From positions 1 through 64,000 of the forward strand of contig JBHICG010000007.1 in assembly GCA_046759445.1 (NCBI GenBank): a stretch of DNA of 64,000 nt. Reading direction: 5' to 3'. The stretch is from Candidatus Scalinduaceae bacterium (GTDB taxonomy: Bacteria > Planctomycetota > Brocadiia > Brocadiales > Scalinduaceae). The notes beneath the pieces were generated by a model that saw only the letters and a list, made by a program, of their open reading frames with translations, searched no databases and was not told the origin of the DNA. The position numbers were made by a program, and so were the translations under genes. Shown in pieces: positions 9,580-19,995 of the stretch. Each line of letters begins with the position of its first letter. The stretch's first letter is position 1.

Positions 9580-9908
9580 GCATAAAAAAAGGAGCAGAAA
9601 GATTTCTTGAACATGGTATTGGTAACAAACGACAAATAAAATACATTTATAATGGCATTGACATTAAATACTTTGAATATACGAAGGATACAAGATTAAA
9701 AAAAAAGAGTGAGCTAGGTCTAGGAAAAGATGGCGCCAAATACATGAATCTAAAAAAATTTACTGAAGAAGGCGTAGAGATTATCTTTCAAGATTTTATA
9801 CATCCCGTATATGCCCAATTATACGGAGGTTTTGAACCCAACATGTCAGCCATTGATTTATTGTTTAACTGTGGAGACAAATGCCTTGAAATATTAAGAG
9901 GTGGATAA
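9580..9908 (+). pseudogene. Deletion chimera: glycosyltransferase (GT4-like) fragment fused to a WbqC-family C-terminus
   Basis: IKYIYNGIDIKYF...KKKSELGL (GT4-like) runs directly into GKDGAKYM...FQDFIHPVYAQLYGGFEPNMSAIDLLFNCG (WbqC-like); no credible start. Confidence 0.7.
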
Positions 9909-9916
9909 GATATTGA

Positions 9917-10016
9917 CTAACCCGAACGAGCCGGAAGAGTTTTTTGTTTTTAAGTCATATGCAAAATCATTATAATTTCACAGTAATAAGTTCAATTACC
10001 GGCTCGTTCGGGTTAG
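9917..10016. mobile_element. 100-bp MITE-like element with 18-bp perfect terminal inverted repeats
   Basis: ctaacccgaacgagccgg ... ccggctcgttcgggttag; related ends at 33463-33480 and 43448-43466. Confidence 0.75.
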
Positions 10017-10019
10017 CGT

Positions 10020-11276
10020 TTACTCATATCTAAGCGTTTCGATTGGGTCCAGGCGTGCCGCTTTCGATGCAGGATATATGCTAAAGAGAATGCTACAGGT
10101 AATTGAAATGCAGGTTATTATAATTATGCTCTTAATGTCCACAACAGTTGGGATTTCATTAAAATAATATACCTCTGGCGGGAATGGTCTCCAGCCTGAA
10201 TACTTGTACACAATTCTTTCTATCCAATTAATTCTACTTATAAAAGCAAGACCTAATCCGGTGCCTATCGCTGAGCCAAAAAGACCGATAAGTATGCCAT
10301 TTAGAAGGAAAATTGACATTATACCATTAGTTGTAGCACCTAAGGCTTTTAAGATGCCAATATCTTTTGATTTTTCAAATACAACCATGGTTAATATCGC
10401 AAGTATGTTGAATCCTGCTACGATTATGATAAAGAACAAAATAAATGCCATAACTCGTTTTTCTAAGTCAACAGCTTTAAGAAAAGTTTTTCGTACATCC
10501 TCCCAGGTTTGAACAAAGAAACCGAAGCCAAGTTCTCTCTGAAGACGGTCACGTACCAAGGGTGCGTTTTTATAATAATCCAATCTGACGCTTATTGCCG
10601 TAACAGAATCTTTCGTACCTACTAATTCCTGTGCAACCTTTAAGGGTATAAAAATATAGTTTTTATCAACATCATACATACCAGATTTATACTTACCCGT
10701 AATAATGAATGGTTTTACGTTAATCTTATCCCACCCTTTTATTGTTACCAACACAACCTTTTCACCATTATTTACAAAGCTTTCTGGGTTTGTTTCAGGA
10801 TCACCTGGACTAATCCGTAACAATTCAGTACCCCCAAATGCGCTTGGGATTTTTTTGTCTCCATGGACAATTAGCAAATCCTGTGGTTGGTTACCAAATC
10901 GTTTTATATAATTTTCAAAATCGCCCACTTTAGATTCCGCAATCGGATCTATACCTTTGAAATACGCAAATTCCTTTGCCCCTCTTATATTGAGCAGGGC
11001 AGGCCCTTCTATATATGGGGCGCATGATTCGACATGTTCAAAAGACTTGATTTTATCTATGACTTCCTTATAATTTTCAAAACCATAAATACCTCTCTTT
11101 AATACAATAATATGTGCTAATGTCCCCCTTATTTTAGTGCGTAATTCTTTACCAAAACCGTTCATCACCGATAGTACAACTATCAATGTCATAACACCAA
11201 CCGTCACTCCCGCAACCGCAAAAAAGGTAATTTTTTTTCTGCGTAAGTATCTTAGACTTATAAACAGTTTATACAT
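10020..11276 (-). CDS. lolE: Lipoprotein-releasing ABC transporter permease (LolC/E family)
   Basis: VLSVMNGF, EKSKDIGILKALGA, YPASKAARLDPIETLRYE. Confidence 0.9.
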   Translation of the reverse strand: MYKLFISLRYLRRKKITFFAVAGVTVGVMTLIVVLSVMNGFGKELRTKIRGTLAHIIVLKRGIYGFENYKEVIDKIKSFEHVESCAPYIEGPALLNIRGAKEFAYFKGIDPIAESKVGDFENYIKRFGNQPQDLLIVHGDKKIPSAFGGTELLRISPGDPETNPESFVNNGEKVVLVTIKGWDKINVKPFIITGKYKSGMYDVDKNYIFIPLKVAQELVGTKDSVTAISVRLDYYKNAPLVRDRLQRELGFGFFVQTWEDVRKTFLKAVDLEKRVMAFILFFIIIVAGFNILAILTMVVFEKSKDIGILKALGATTNGIMSIFLLNGILIGLFGSAIGTGLGLAFISRINWIERIVYKYSGWRPFPPEVYYFNEIPTVVDIKSIIIITCISITCSILFSIYPASKAARLDPIETLRYE

Positions 11277-11534
11277 TTTTTTATGCTTTCAAATTTACGT
11301 GCTCGAAAATACTATCATAAGTATATGGAAGTAAGCAATTAAAAATCCTCATTGAACTTGGGATATCAATATTTTATGTACAAAAAAAGCTTGTAAATGA
11401 AACTATATTTAAATATAAAATAGACGTTTGTGATATTTAATTCTGGCTGCACGTGTTCTTAATTATGTACATAAATTCTCATAACAGGCGTGAGGCCGTT
11501 CAATTTGTACTGATTTTTGAGGAATATTTTTTCT

Positions 11535-12656
11535 ATGTTAACATTTACGACTGCTGGTGAATCACACGGAAAGTGTTTGGTTGTTATTGTGAATGGATTT
11601 CCTGCTGGGATTTTATTAAGTGAATCGGATATAAATGAGAACTTAAAAAAGAGGCAGGGTGGATACGGCAGAGGTGGGAGGATGCAGATTGAAAGTGACC
11701 GTGTATGTGTTTTATCAGGCATAAGGAAAAAGACAACAATAGGGAGCCCTATTTGTCTGAAAATCGAGAATAAGGATTACAAAATAAACTCTTTGCCTAA
11801 TGTTACAAGGCCAAGACCCGGACATGCTGATTTGCCAGGAATTATTAAATATGACCAAAGAGATGCAAGAAATATCCTTGAAAGGGCCAGCGCAAGAGAA
11901 ACTGCTGCAAGAGTTGCTGCTGGGGCTTTAGCAAAGATTTTGCTTGAAAGGTTTGATATAAAAGTACTGGGTTATGTTAAAGGTATTGGAGGCATAATCT
12001 CAAGAAAAAGTTTAAAAGATCCAGATGAATTGTTAAAAAGGAGAAACAAGAGTAAGGTTTATTGCCCGGATGAACAAGCTGAGAGGAAAATGATAAAAAT
12101 AATCAACGAGGCCAAGAAAAAAGGTGATTCTTTAGGCGGAATTATAGAAATAATGGTATTTGGTGCCCCCCCAGGCCTGGGAAATCATACACAGTGGGAT
12201 TTGCGATTAGATGGAATTATAGCAAAGGCCTTAATGTCTGTCCAAGGGATCAAGGGGGTTGAATTAGGCCTGGGATTTAATTATCCTGAGAAGTTCGGAT
12301 CCCAGGTACATGATGAGATATTCTATAATAAAGGCTGTTTCAAAAGGAAAACTAACAATGCTGGCGGGATTGAGGGTGGTATTTCAAATGGTGAAGTAGT
12401 AATTGCCAGAGCAGTAATGAAACCCATTCCAACCCTTAGGAAACCATTAAAGTCTATAGACATAATCACTAAGAAACCCGTAAGCGCATCAACTGAACGT
12501 TCGGATATCTGCGCAGTACCTGCAGCTTCCATTGTTTGTGAAGCCGTTGTGGCATTTGAAATAGCCCAATGTTTCATGGAGAAATTTGGCGGAGATAGTA
12601 TTAATGAAGTAACTCGAAATTACGAAGGATACTTAAATCAGATCCGTGAACTATAA
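11535..12656 (+). CDS. aroC: Chorismate synthase
   Basis: TAGESHG, RRQGGYGRGGRM-type motif, RPGHAD, ERASARETAARV, MKPIPTL; start moved to the ATG at 11535. Confidence 0.97.
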   Translation: MLTFTTAGESHGKCLVVIVNGFPAGILLSESDINENLKKRQGGYGRGGRMQIESDRVCVLSGIRKKTTIGSPICLKIENKDYKINSLPNVTRPRPGHADLPGIIKYDQRDARNILERASARETAARVAAGALAKILLERFDIKVLGYVKGIGGIISRKSLKDPDELLKRRNKSKVYCPDEQAERKMIKIINEAKKKGDSLGGIIEIMVFGAPPGLGNHTQWDLRLDGIIAKALMSVQGIKGVELGLGFNYPEKFGSQVHDEIFYNKGCFKRKTNNAGGIEGGISNGEVVIARAVMKPIPTLRKPLKSIDIITKKPVSASTERSDICAVPAASIVCEAVVAFEIAQCFMEKFGGDSINEVTRNYEGYLNQIREL

Positions 12657-12852
12657 TCTTTAGACAGATAATTCTAACCGTTATTAGTACGGCAAGATGC
12701 TTAATTTTTTCTATACTTTACTATTGGTTAGGATTCCTGCTGATGTAAACCTTCACCGAAGCATTCCAGGAATCTAAAAAGACTTAATACGCCTTCATTA
12801 GCAACACTACAAATCAGGCATTGTCAACTTAAGATTTTCTGAATGGACTATT

Positions 12853-13695
12853 ATGCGCCAAATCAATACAGAAGAAATAGTAAACAATGTTGAAAAAATT
12901 TGTATAGATGCTAATTACAACCTGGGTGATGACCTCATAGATTCCCTAAAAAACGCCCTGGAAAAAGAGGAGTCACCATTGGGTAAGGAAGTATTAACAC
13001 AGTTGTTAGAAAATGCTGAGATTGGTAGAAAAGAACGCGTTCCAGTTTGTCAGGACACTGGATATGCCGTTGTGTTCGTTGAAGTTGGCCAGGAAGTCCA
13101 AATTGTGGGACATAATCTCTACGAAGCCATTAATGAAGGGATTAGGCTAGGCTATAAGAATGGTTATCTACGCAAGTCAATAGTAAAAGATCCATTAGAA
13201 CGCGTAAATACTGGTGACAACACTCCAGCAGCAATCCATACAGACATTGTTCCTGGTGACAATTTAAAAATAACATTTATAGCAAAGGGTGGTGGGTGCG
13301 AGAACATGAGTCGCACTGCAATGCTCACACCCGCGCAGGGCAGAGACGGTGTAATTAATTTCGTAACAGAAACCGTAAAGACGGCCGGAGCAAACCCGTG
13401 TCCACCCATAATTGTAGGTGTCGGGATTGGCGGGACTTTCGAATACGCTTCACTATTAGCCAAGAAGGTAATTTTGCGACCTGTAGGTAGTCATAATAAA
13501 AATAGCAATATTGCCAGTTTGGAGGAGGAGTTACTGGAAAAGATTAACAAACTGGGAATCGGTCCCCAGGGCTTTGGTGGAAGGATAACGGCATTAGCCG
13601 TACATGTGGAAACCTATCCCTGCCATATTGCCAGTCTTCCTGTGGCCGTAAATATAGAATGTCACTCACACAGACCCAAAAGTGTTGTAATTTAA
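12853..13695 (+). CDS. Class I fumarate hydratase / tartrate dehydratase, alpha subunit
   Basis: PVCQDTG, KGGGCEN, GANPCPP, GIGPQGFGG, CHIASLPVAVNIECH. Confidence 0.93.
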   Translation: MRQINTEEIVNNVEKICIDANYNLGDDLIDSLKNALEKEESPLGKEVLTQLLENAEIGRKERVPVCQDTGYAVVFVEVGQEVQIVGHNLYEAINEGIRLGYKNGYLRKSIVKDPLERVNTGDNTPAAIHTDIVPGDNLKITFIAKGGGCENMSRTAMLTPAQGRDGVINFVTETVKTAGANPCPPIIVGVGIGGTFEYASLLAKKVILRPVGSHNKNSNIASLEEELLEKINKLGIGPQGFGGRITALAVHVETYPCHIASLPVAVNIECHSHRPKSVVI

Positions 13696-13706
13696 TCTCT
13701 TTAGTT

Positions 13707-13775
13707 AGACAGGATTTACAGAATAAACAAGATTAAGATATTCAAATATATCCTGCCATTCTGTTAATCATGCAA
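13707..13775. repeat. Gene-less inverted ~9-mer array
   Basis: gacaggattt-acagaataa-acaagatt ... atcctgcc-attctgtta-atcatgc; a related right arm lies at ~4712-4744. Confidence 0.55.
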
Positions 13776-13916
13776 AAATAAGACTAATTCTGTTCAGCAA
13801 GTTTAAATATGAATACTATATTTTGATACTAGATGCCAGTCCCTCGCCCAAAACGAGAATTGGACATCGAGTATCTATTCCAAATGTGAGCAAATAAAGC
13901 TCAATTTTTATATCTA

Positions 13917-14492
13917 ATGACAGGACACATTAATTTAAAAACACCACTTAGCGATTCTGAAGTTGAGAAGTTAAAGGTGGGAGATAAAGTTCTGATTACG
14001 GGAATTTTATATACGGCAAGAGATGCTGCCCACAAACGACTCTTGGAACTTATTAAGGCAGGAAAAGATTTACCTTTTGACTTGAGAGGGCAATTGCTTT
14101 ATTACGTTGGGCCCTCCCCTGCCAGATCTGGCCAACCGATAGGTTCTGCAGGCCCAACAACAAGCTACAGGATGGATACTTATACGCCGACTCTCATTGA
14201 GATGGGACTCAAGGGTACGATTGGGAAGGGAGGCAGATCGGAAGAGGTATTAAAAGCAATGAAAAAGTACAAGGCCGTTTACCTTGCTGCAGTTGGTGGA
14301 GCAGCAGCCCTTATAGCAAAGACAATAAAGAAGGCCAGAGTTATTGCCTTTGAAGACCTTGGAACAGAGGCTATACGTGAACTGGAAGTAGTAAACTTTC
14401 CGGCAATCGTCGTAAACGATACAAAAGGTAACGATCTATACAAAGAAGGCATTAATAAATATCAGAAAATAGTGTTTCATAATGTTGTTTAG
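13917..14492 (+). CDS. Class I fumarate hydratase / tartrate dehydratase, beta subunit
   Basis: TARDAAHKR, GSAGPTTSYRMD, IGKG, GGAAAL, DLGTEAI. Confidence 0.93.
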   Translation: MTGHINLKTPLSDSEVEKLKVGDKVLITGILYTARDAAHKRLLELIKAGKDLPFDLRGQLLYYVGPSPARSGQPIGSAGPTTSYRMDTYTPTLIEMGLKGTIGKGGRSEEVLKAMKKYKAVYLAAVGGAAALIAKTIKKARVIAFEDLGTEAIRELEVVNFPAIVVNDTKGNDLYKEGINKYQKIVFHNVV

Positions 14493-14715
14493 TAACCAGA
14501 AGACAATGACCACTTAACAAAGGCCGATGGTCCAAAAAGGCAAAAGATATCTCATCCTCAAAAACTGAGTAGCTTTTTGTCTAGCTTTTAATAATCATAC
14601 AAAACGCACATTCATTATTATATAAATCAGATTGCGCTACGTTATCCATCTTTAAAAGCGTATATTGTAATGTTAAATCCCGTCCGCCACGTTTTGTTAA
14701 TGTTAAAAGTTAAGT

Positions 14716-15114
14716 CTATTTCCTATATGACTTTTTTTCGGATTGTTTATGTTTAATAGCCATTATTTTTTCTTTTGTACGCTTTGACCGCTTCCGCTTC
14801 TGTTGTCTAATCTTTTCAATTCGTTCTCTCTCTTCAGCAACAAATCCTTTTTGCATTCGTTCAATTTGATCTAAAAGACGTCGGCGTGCAAGAAATCTAT
14901 TGAGAGTTTGAGAACGTTCCTGCTGACACTTAACTGTTATACCTGTAGGAATGTGACGGAGAGATACACAGGAAGAAGTCTTGTTTGTCTTTTGCCCTCC
15001 AGGCCCGGAAGACCGAACGAATTTCTCTTCGATGTCATCCATAGAAACATTCAATTGTTGCATCCGTTTCAAAAGTTCCCGTTCCTTTTTTGGGGATACA
15101 TTAAATATTGACAT
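14716..15114 (-). CDS. Peptide chain release factor-like protein (ArfB/YaeJ-type ribosome rescue factor)
   Basis: [22 protein letters not shown] and a basic C-terminal tail. Confidence 0.88.
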   Translation of the reverse strand: MSIFNVSPKKERELLKRMQQLNVSMDDIEEKFVRSSGPGGQKTNKTSSCVSLRHIPTGITVKCQQERSQTLNRFLARRRLLDQIERMQKGFVAEERERIEKIRQQKRKRSKRTKEKIMAIKHKQSEKKSYRK

Positions 15115-15131
15115 AATATATTTCTTTTATG

Positions 15132-15557
15132 TTACATCCACAAACCTAAGCCTGTCTGTGGATCATTTCTCCTGACTAAATCTTTACCAAATAATTCCTC
15201 TATATAAAATTCTGCCGCAAAAATTCCCGTGCCATGCATAAGGTGACCACCAAAGGCCTTGCCATCATAATCAGTAAGAGTAATATGAGCATGGACAAAT
15301 ATTTCATTATCTTTTATTGAAATATTCCCAGAACACGAAACTATCTCCATCTTTTTATCTAATCTTAAACACCGTGCATATTTTTTGACATCCTGATTAT
15401 AATACCCGAGAGCCGCATTCTTCACAGCACCGATAATCCAGAAAACTCCCATCCGTATATTGTGCCTCTTGCAGAAGGCCTTAATTGCCGATAACAAATC
15501 TTCACCTAATTGAAACCGCCCAATAAACCTTCTTCCTCCTTTTATTTCTGCATACAT
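15132..15557 (-). CDS. PPC/DUF296 domain protein
   Basis: IGAV, EIVSCSGNIS, HAHITL, GGHL motifs. Confidence 0.9.
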   Translation of the reverse strand: MYAEIKGGRRFIGRFQLGEDLLSAIKAFCKRHNIRMGVFWIIGAVKNAALGYYNQDVKKYARCLRLDKKMEIVSCSGNISIKDNEIFVHAHITLTDYDGKAFGGHLMHGTGIFAAEFYIEELFGKDLVRRNDPQTGLGLWM

Positions 15558-15674
15558 AAAACCACCTTAACCTTATCTTAATCTCCTAAATCTATGTTGA
15601 ACATTTTCCTGGGAGCCTTATTACCATGAACGACACCCAGATATTTTAAAATATATTTTATTCTCCTATACAGC

Positions 15675-16199
15675 TTATTTTCTACCCTCTTCGATTGATA
15701 TAGCACGCTGAGCATCTTTAGGTGCAAAACCTGCATCCATTAATCTCCTGATTAATTCGTTTCGTTGTCTCCATTTTTTCAATTCAATCTCCAATTTCAT
15801 GCCCTCTATTACTTCATTAAGCATTAATCCTTCAGGCCGAATTTGTTTAGCATATTTACTTATTTCTTCAATGCTGTACACTCCGTCTGACATTATATCC
15901 TTCGCCAAAATGTATCCAAGCGCATGGGTAATTTTATCCAACTGTTGTTCAGTCACACCTATGGATCTTGCTACTATCGTTATATCATTTACACTATCTA
16001 CGTATAGCCTTAATTTTCTTTTGAGATTGTCTTCAGATTGTATTTCAAAAGTCTTCTCCATTGCAAATCTTATTGCCTGTTCCCTGCTTAAATCGGGATT
16101 TATACTCTTAATAAAATTATCCATAACATCAGCGTTACTGTTATGCGTATAGCTTAACAAAATAACTAATACAATAATTAAACCATTATACAGTTTCAT
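15675..16199 (-). CDS. Hypothetical secreted protein
   Basis: 174-aa ORF with an N-terminal signal-peptide-like segment and a G-rich RBS. Confidence 0.7.
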   Translation of the reverse strand: MKLYNGLIIVLVILLSYTHNSNADVMDNFIKSINPDLSREQAIRFAMEKTFEIQSEDNLKRKLRLYVDSVNDITIVARSIGVTEQQLDKITHALGYILAKDIMSDGVYSIEEISKYAKQIRPEGLMLNEVIEGMKLEIELKKWRQRNELIRRLMDAGFAPKDAQRAISIEEGRK

Positions 16200-16668
16200 A
16201 TTTATACCCCCACGCTTATTAAATAAATCTTATAGATTCTAATTTGAAGTTATTTCCTTATGATTGCTTCTTCAATAGTGTCTGCACTATAAATATTTAT
16301 ATTGAAAATTATTTTATACCTCAAAAGCCACCATTATATGTCATTGAAAATGACTGGACAACAAGTATTCCAGATAATAGAGCATACAACCATATTTATA
16401 TTATGTCTAATCTTTTTGTTCTGCATAGGTTCAACTTTATGATAGTATACCTCAAAGGATTTTTATGTTTGACTGAAAAATTCAAGTCATTATACTTTTA
16501 CCAATTATGTTTTTTTTCCGCCATATGATGACCGTTATGCATAATCAATTTCCTAAACTTAATAACAAAAACAAATGATGCTTTAACCGTTAAGTGATTA
16601 GAATGAGAAAAAATACTAAAACGCATTAGTACTTAACACCAAACAAATGAATAATAGGGTACTATATT

Positions 16669-16881
16669 TTGTTTAAAGTAACAAAAACAATTATAAAAAT
16701 AACTCTTGGAATCGTTTTGATTGTTTTAGGATTAGTTGCTTTACTAACCCCTTTTACGCCCGGGTCATGGCTGGCCCTTATTGGTCTTGAAATGTTAGGC
16801 TTTAGGATTTTGTTTAAGGATAAATTTTCGGCGTTATGGCACCGAGTAAAAAAATTTTTTAAGATAAAGTTAGATGTGTAG
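16669..16881 (+). CDS. Small membrane protein (PGPGW-like)
   Basis: LGLVALLTPFTPGSWLALIGLEML hairpin motif. Confidence 0.65.
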   Translation: MFKVTKTIIKITLGIVLIVLGLVALLTPFTPGSWLALIGLEMLGFRILFKDKFSALWHRVKKFFKIKLDV

Positions 16882-16978
16882 CAAATTTAGTGACTAAGAT
16901 AATTTGTCTATTAGTATTGCTCCCGGTAATCTGAAAATATCAGTGGTAAATCTATTATCATGATAAGGAAGTAAAATT

Positions 16979-18061
16979 TTGTTGATTCAATCTATATTAT
17001 TCTTAACAGGAATTCTCGGTGTTTATTTTGGTGCAGAATGGTTGGTCAGAGGTTCCTCAAATTTATCTCGTGAACTTGGAATAAAGCCTATAGTAATAGG
17101 CTTAACGGTTGTTGCCTTTGGTACTTCCAGCCCTGAATTAGCAGTCAGTTTAACCGCAGCCATAAGAGGGTCTGACGAAATTGCTATTGGGAACATAATT
17201 GGAAGTAATGTTGCCAATATTGGTCTGGTCCTTGGTCTTTCAGCAATAGTTTTTCCCGTAATGGTGGAAAGAATCATTATGAAGAGTGAATTACCATTGA
17301 TGATTGTAATTTCTGCAATCCTTTATCTTATGGCAATAGATAAGGAGATTGGGTTTGTAGACGGGTTGTTTCTTTTTACGGGGATTATAATGTATATAAG
17401 TTACCATATTTACGGGGCCATAAATTCAAAAGGGAAAGAACATAAGTTAACACGCAATACAAATAAAGATTCACCTAACCAGCTTAAACATACTTCTCCA
17501 TCAGCGCCTTTATACACACACACCTTGAGTCAATCTGTAGATTCAAATGAGGCTATGAACTCTGGTAAGGTAGGTACAAGAAAACTTACAAATAAACAAA
17601 GTTCGACAAAAAGAAAAAATCTATGGCTTAATATATTGTTTATTGCAGCTGGGCTTGCCGGTCTTTTGATAGGCGCACACCTGTTAGTTAAAGCAGCAAT
17701 CTTTATAGCTGGTAGGTTCGGGATAAGTGAAATGGTTATCGGGTTAACGGCCGTTGCCGTTGGCACCTCAATACCAGAGATGGCAACCTCAGTGGTAAGC
17801 GCTTTCAGAAAGGAAGCTGAAATTTGTATGGGGAACGTGATTGGAAGTAATATCTTCAATATGCTCATGGTTATAGGGTCTGTGGCATTGATAAGACCAT
17901 TAAATTTGATGCGAGAGACTCTCTTTTATGAGTTCCCGGCAATGCTTCTTTTCTCCATAGCCTTAATACCAATGATAAGAGGCAACTTAAAGGTTAATAG
18001 GATTGAAGGTTTTCTGCTGGTTTTAGGATATTTTATATTTATTATCTTTCTATTTCGATAA
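16979..18061 (+). CDS. Calcium/sodium antiporter (CaCA family, YrbG-like)
   Basis: Two alpha repeats, GTSSPE...GNIIGSN and GTSIPE...GNVIGSN. Confidence 0.93.
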   Translation: MLIQSILFLTGILGVYFGAEWLVRGSSNLSRELGIKPIVIGLTVVAFGTSSPELAVSLTAAIRGSDEIAIGNIIGSNVANIGLVLGLSAIVFPVMVERIIMKSELPLMIVISAILYLMAIDKEIGFVDGLFLFTGIIMYISYHIYGAINSKGKEHKLTRNTNKDSPNQLKHTSPSAPLYTHTLSQSVDSNEAMNSGKVGTRKLTNKQSSTKRKNLWLNILFIAAGLAGLLIGAHLLVKAAIFIAGRFGISEMVIGLTAVAVGTSIPEMATSVVSAFRKEAEICMGNVIGSNIFNMLMVIGSVALIRPLNLMRETLFYEFPAMLLFSIALIPMIRGNLKVNRIEGFLLVLGYFIFIIFLFR

Positions 18062-18115
18062 ATTAGCTCCTTTCAGCCTGCCTGTGCGAGGCACGCAGAC
18101 AGGTTGCTAATTTAT
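18058..18115 (+). terminator. Hairpin after the antiporter gene, carrying an inserted 27-nt palindromic module
   Basis: ataaattagc...gctaatttat stem enclosing cctgcctgtgcgaggcacgcagacagg (18077-18103). Confidence 0.55.
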
Positions 18116-18306
18116 TGCATTACGTCCGTCAGAATGTCGTTGACGGATGAGCTCCGCAAAATGATATTTATATTAAGGGGTCTGTATACTACCTCTCATA
18201 ATATAACGAATAAACTTTATAAGGTGAAATATTTCAATAGATAATAGAATTTCCGTTATATTTCCATTTGTACTCAGCACTGTACTCTGTCCTCTTATGT
18301 CTATCG

Positions 18307-18335
18307 TCCGTGTAATTCTATGAAATTTCCGTGGT
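18307..18335. repeat. Orphan copy of the GxxExxY right-flank array
   Basis: tccgtgtaattctatgaaatttccgtggt vs tcagtgtaattcagtgaaaattccgtggt (3257-3285). Confidence 0.7.
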
Positions 18336-18664
18336 GAATTACTACATGTTAATAATCTTATCCTTACTTTCACTACCGTTAACGGCTACATGTTATTTTT
18401 ATTCAAGATTATGTTTGTGCATTGTTTTCGGTTTAATATTTTTTATTTCCAACACAATGCTTGCACATGGCCTTCTTTATGAGCATCATACGGTTTTTTT
18501 TTATCTGCTTACAATACTTTGTGTTGGTTTCCCAGTCTCATGTCTGATAGCTTTTGCGCTTGATGTGAGATACGGAATATTCTGTATTGATACTTCCTTT
18601 TCCCTAGTAATAGCATGGGTATTTTCACCAATATTACTTCCGATAAACTTAATCATCTTATGCC

Positions 18665-19816
18665 TTGAAAACTAAAAGAATATTTATAAGCGCAGGTGAA
18701 ACATCTGGCGATATTCACGGTTCAAATCTCATAAGACAGCTATATAAGAAAAACCCATCAATAGAGATTTATGGCTTGGGTAGAAACAGGATGGTTGAAG
18801 CAGGGCTTCATTGTATTCATGATATGAGCTCTCGTTCTGTTATGTGGTTGCAGACTCTGAAGAAAATTCCAGAATTGTGGAATATATTGTCAGATTGTAA
18901 GCGTTTTTTTGAAAAAGAGAAACCTAATCTGGTCATACTAATTGATTATGCAGGTTTCAACTTTTATCTTGCTAAAGCAGCAAAGAAAAGGAACATCCCC
19001 GTAATGTACTACATAAGTCCTCAGCTTTGGGCGCATGGGCCATGGAGAGTGAAGAAACTAAAAAAGCTGGTAGACAAAATTGTGGTTATATATCCGTTCG
19101 AGGAAGAGTTTTTTGCTAATGAAGGAATCGCCGTAAAATACGTTGGACACCCGCTCTTCGACGAACTTAGCACAAGGTCTATAGACGAAAATCTCGTAGG
19201 AAAAATGAGAGAGGGAGAAAATAAGACAGTTGTTTCATTATTACCCGGAAGTCGTAAACAGGAGATAAGAAGACTATTACCAATGTTCCTCGAAGCAGCA
19301 TCTGTAATTCACGAAAACATCCCCTCAACAAGATTTTTTTTATCCTGTAGTAATAAAAGAAATTTAGAACTGATAAATAGTATCATAAATACGTACACAT
19401 CCAGTGACGGCAACAAACATTTACCAATAGAAATATTTACAGAAAAAACCTCTGAAGTTATAAATGCTTCCTCCCTCTGTATATCCAGTTCAGGTACTAT
19501 AGCATTAGAAATGGCGTTTTACCATATTCCAATGATAATCTGCTATCGTATCTCACCTTGCTCCTACTTCATTGCAAAACCATTTATGAACACACCCTAT
19601 ATAAACCTCGTTAATAAGATTGCAGAAAAAATCGTTGTACCAGAAAAACTTATGTACAACGATGAATATAAATGGTTAGCTTCCCATGCAACGGAGCTGC
19701 TGTTAAGCAAAGAAAAAAGGCAGAAGTGTATTGATGATCTTAAAGAAGTAAAATCCTTAATCGGGTCTCCAGGCGCATCTGAAAAGGCTGCGGATGAAGT
19801 CCTGAGTATGATATAA
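18665..19816 (+). CDS. lpxB: Lipid-A-disaccharide synthase
   Basis: AGETSGDIHG, IDYAGFN, YISPQLWA, YVGHPL, LLPGSRKQE, SGTIALE. Confidence 0.95.
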   Translation: MKTKRIFISAGETSGDIHGSNLIRQLYKKNPSIEIYGLGRNRMVEAGLHCIHDMSSRSVMWLQTLKKIPELWNILSDCKRFFEKEKPNLVILIDYAGFNFYLAKAAKKRNIPVMYYISPQLWAHGPWRVKKLKKLVDKIVVIYPFEEEFFANEGIAVKYVGHPLFDELSTRSIDENLVGKMREGENKTVVSLLPGSRKQEIRRLLPMFLEAASVIHENIPSTRFFLSCSNKRNLELINSIINTYTSSDGNKHLPIEIFTEKTSEVINASSLCISSSGTIALEMAFYHIPMIICYRISPCSYFIAKPFMNTPYINLVNKIAEKIVVPEKLMYNDEYKWLASHATELLLSKEKRQKCIDDLKEVKSLIGSPGASEKAADEVLSMI

Positions 19817-19995
19817 ATTGATGGTGGCTATTTCGATACAATTTTGCACAAAACACCTATTATCAACAGTGTCTATGCATCATCGAAACAATTTCTTCAA
19901 ATCGTAAGCCTGCCGAGCAGAAAGGCATTTAATTGTGCAGTTATCGTTGAAAATCCGCGAATTGGAATGAAGGTACACAGTATATACTTGACCAA

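Noticed and set aside
18331..18675. 114-aa hydrophobic ORF before lpxB, and a minus-strand CKHC cytochrome-like fragment
   Set aside because: The ORF starts inside a repeat arm and has no RBS or recognisable motif; the opposite-strand fragment lacks the His of CxxCH and is broken by stops
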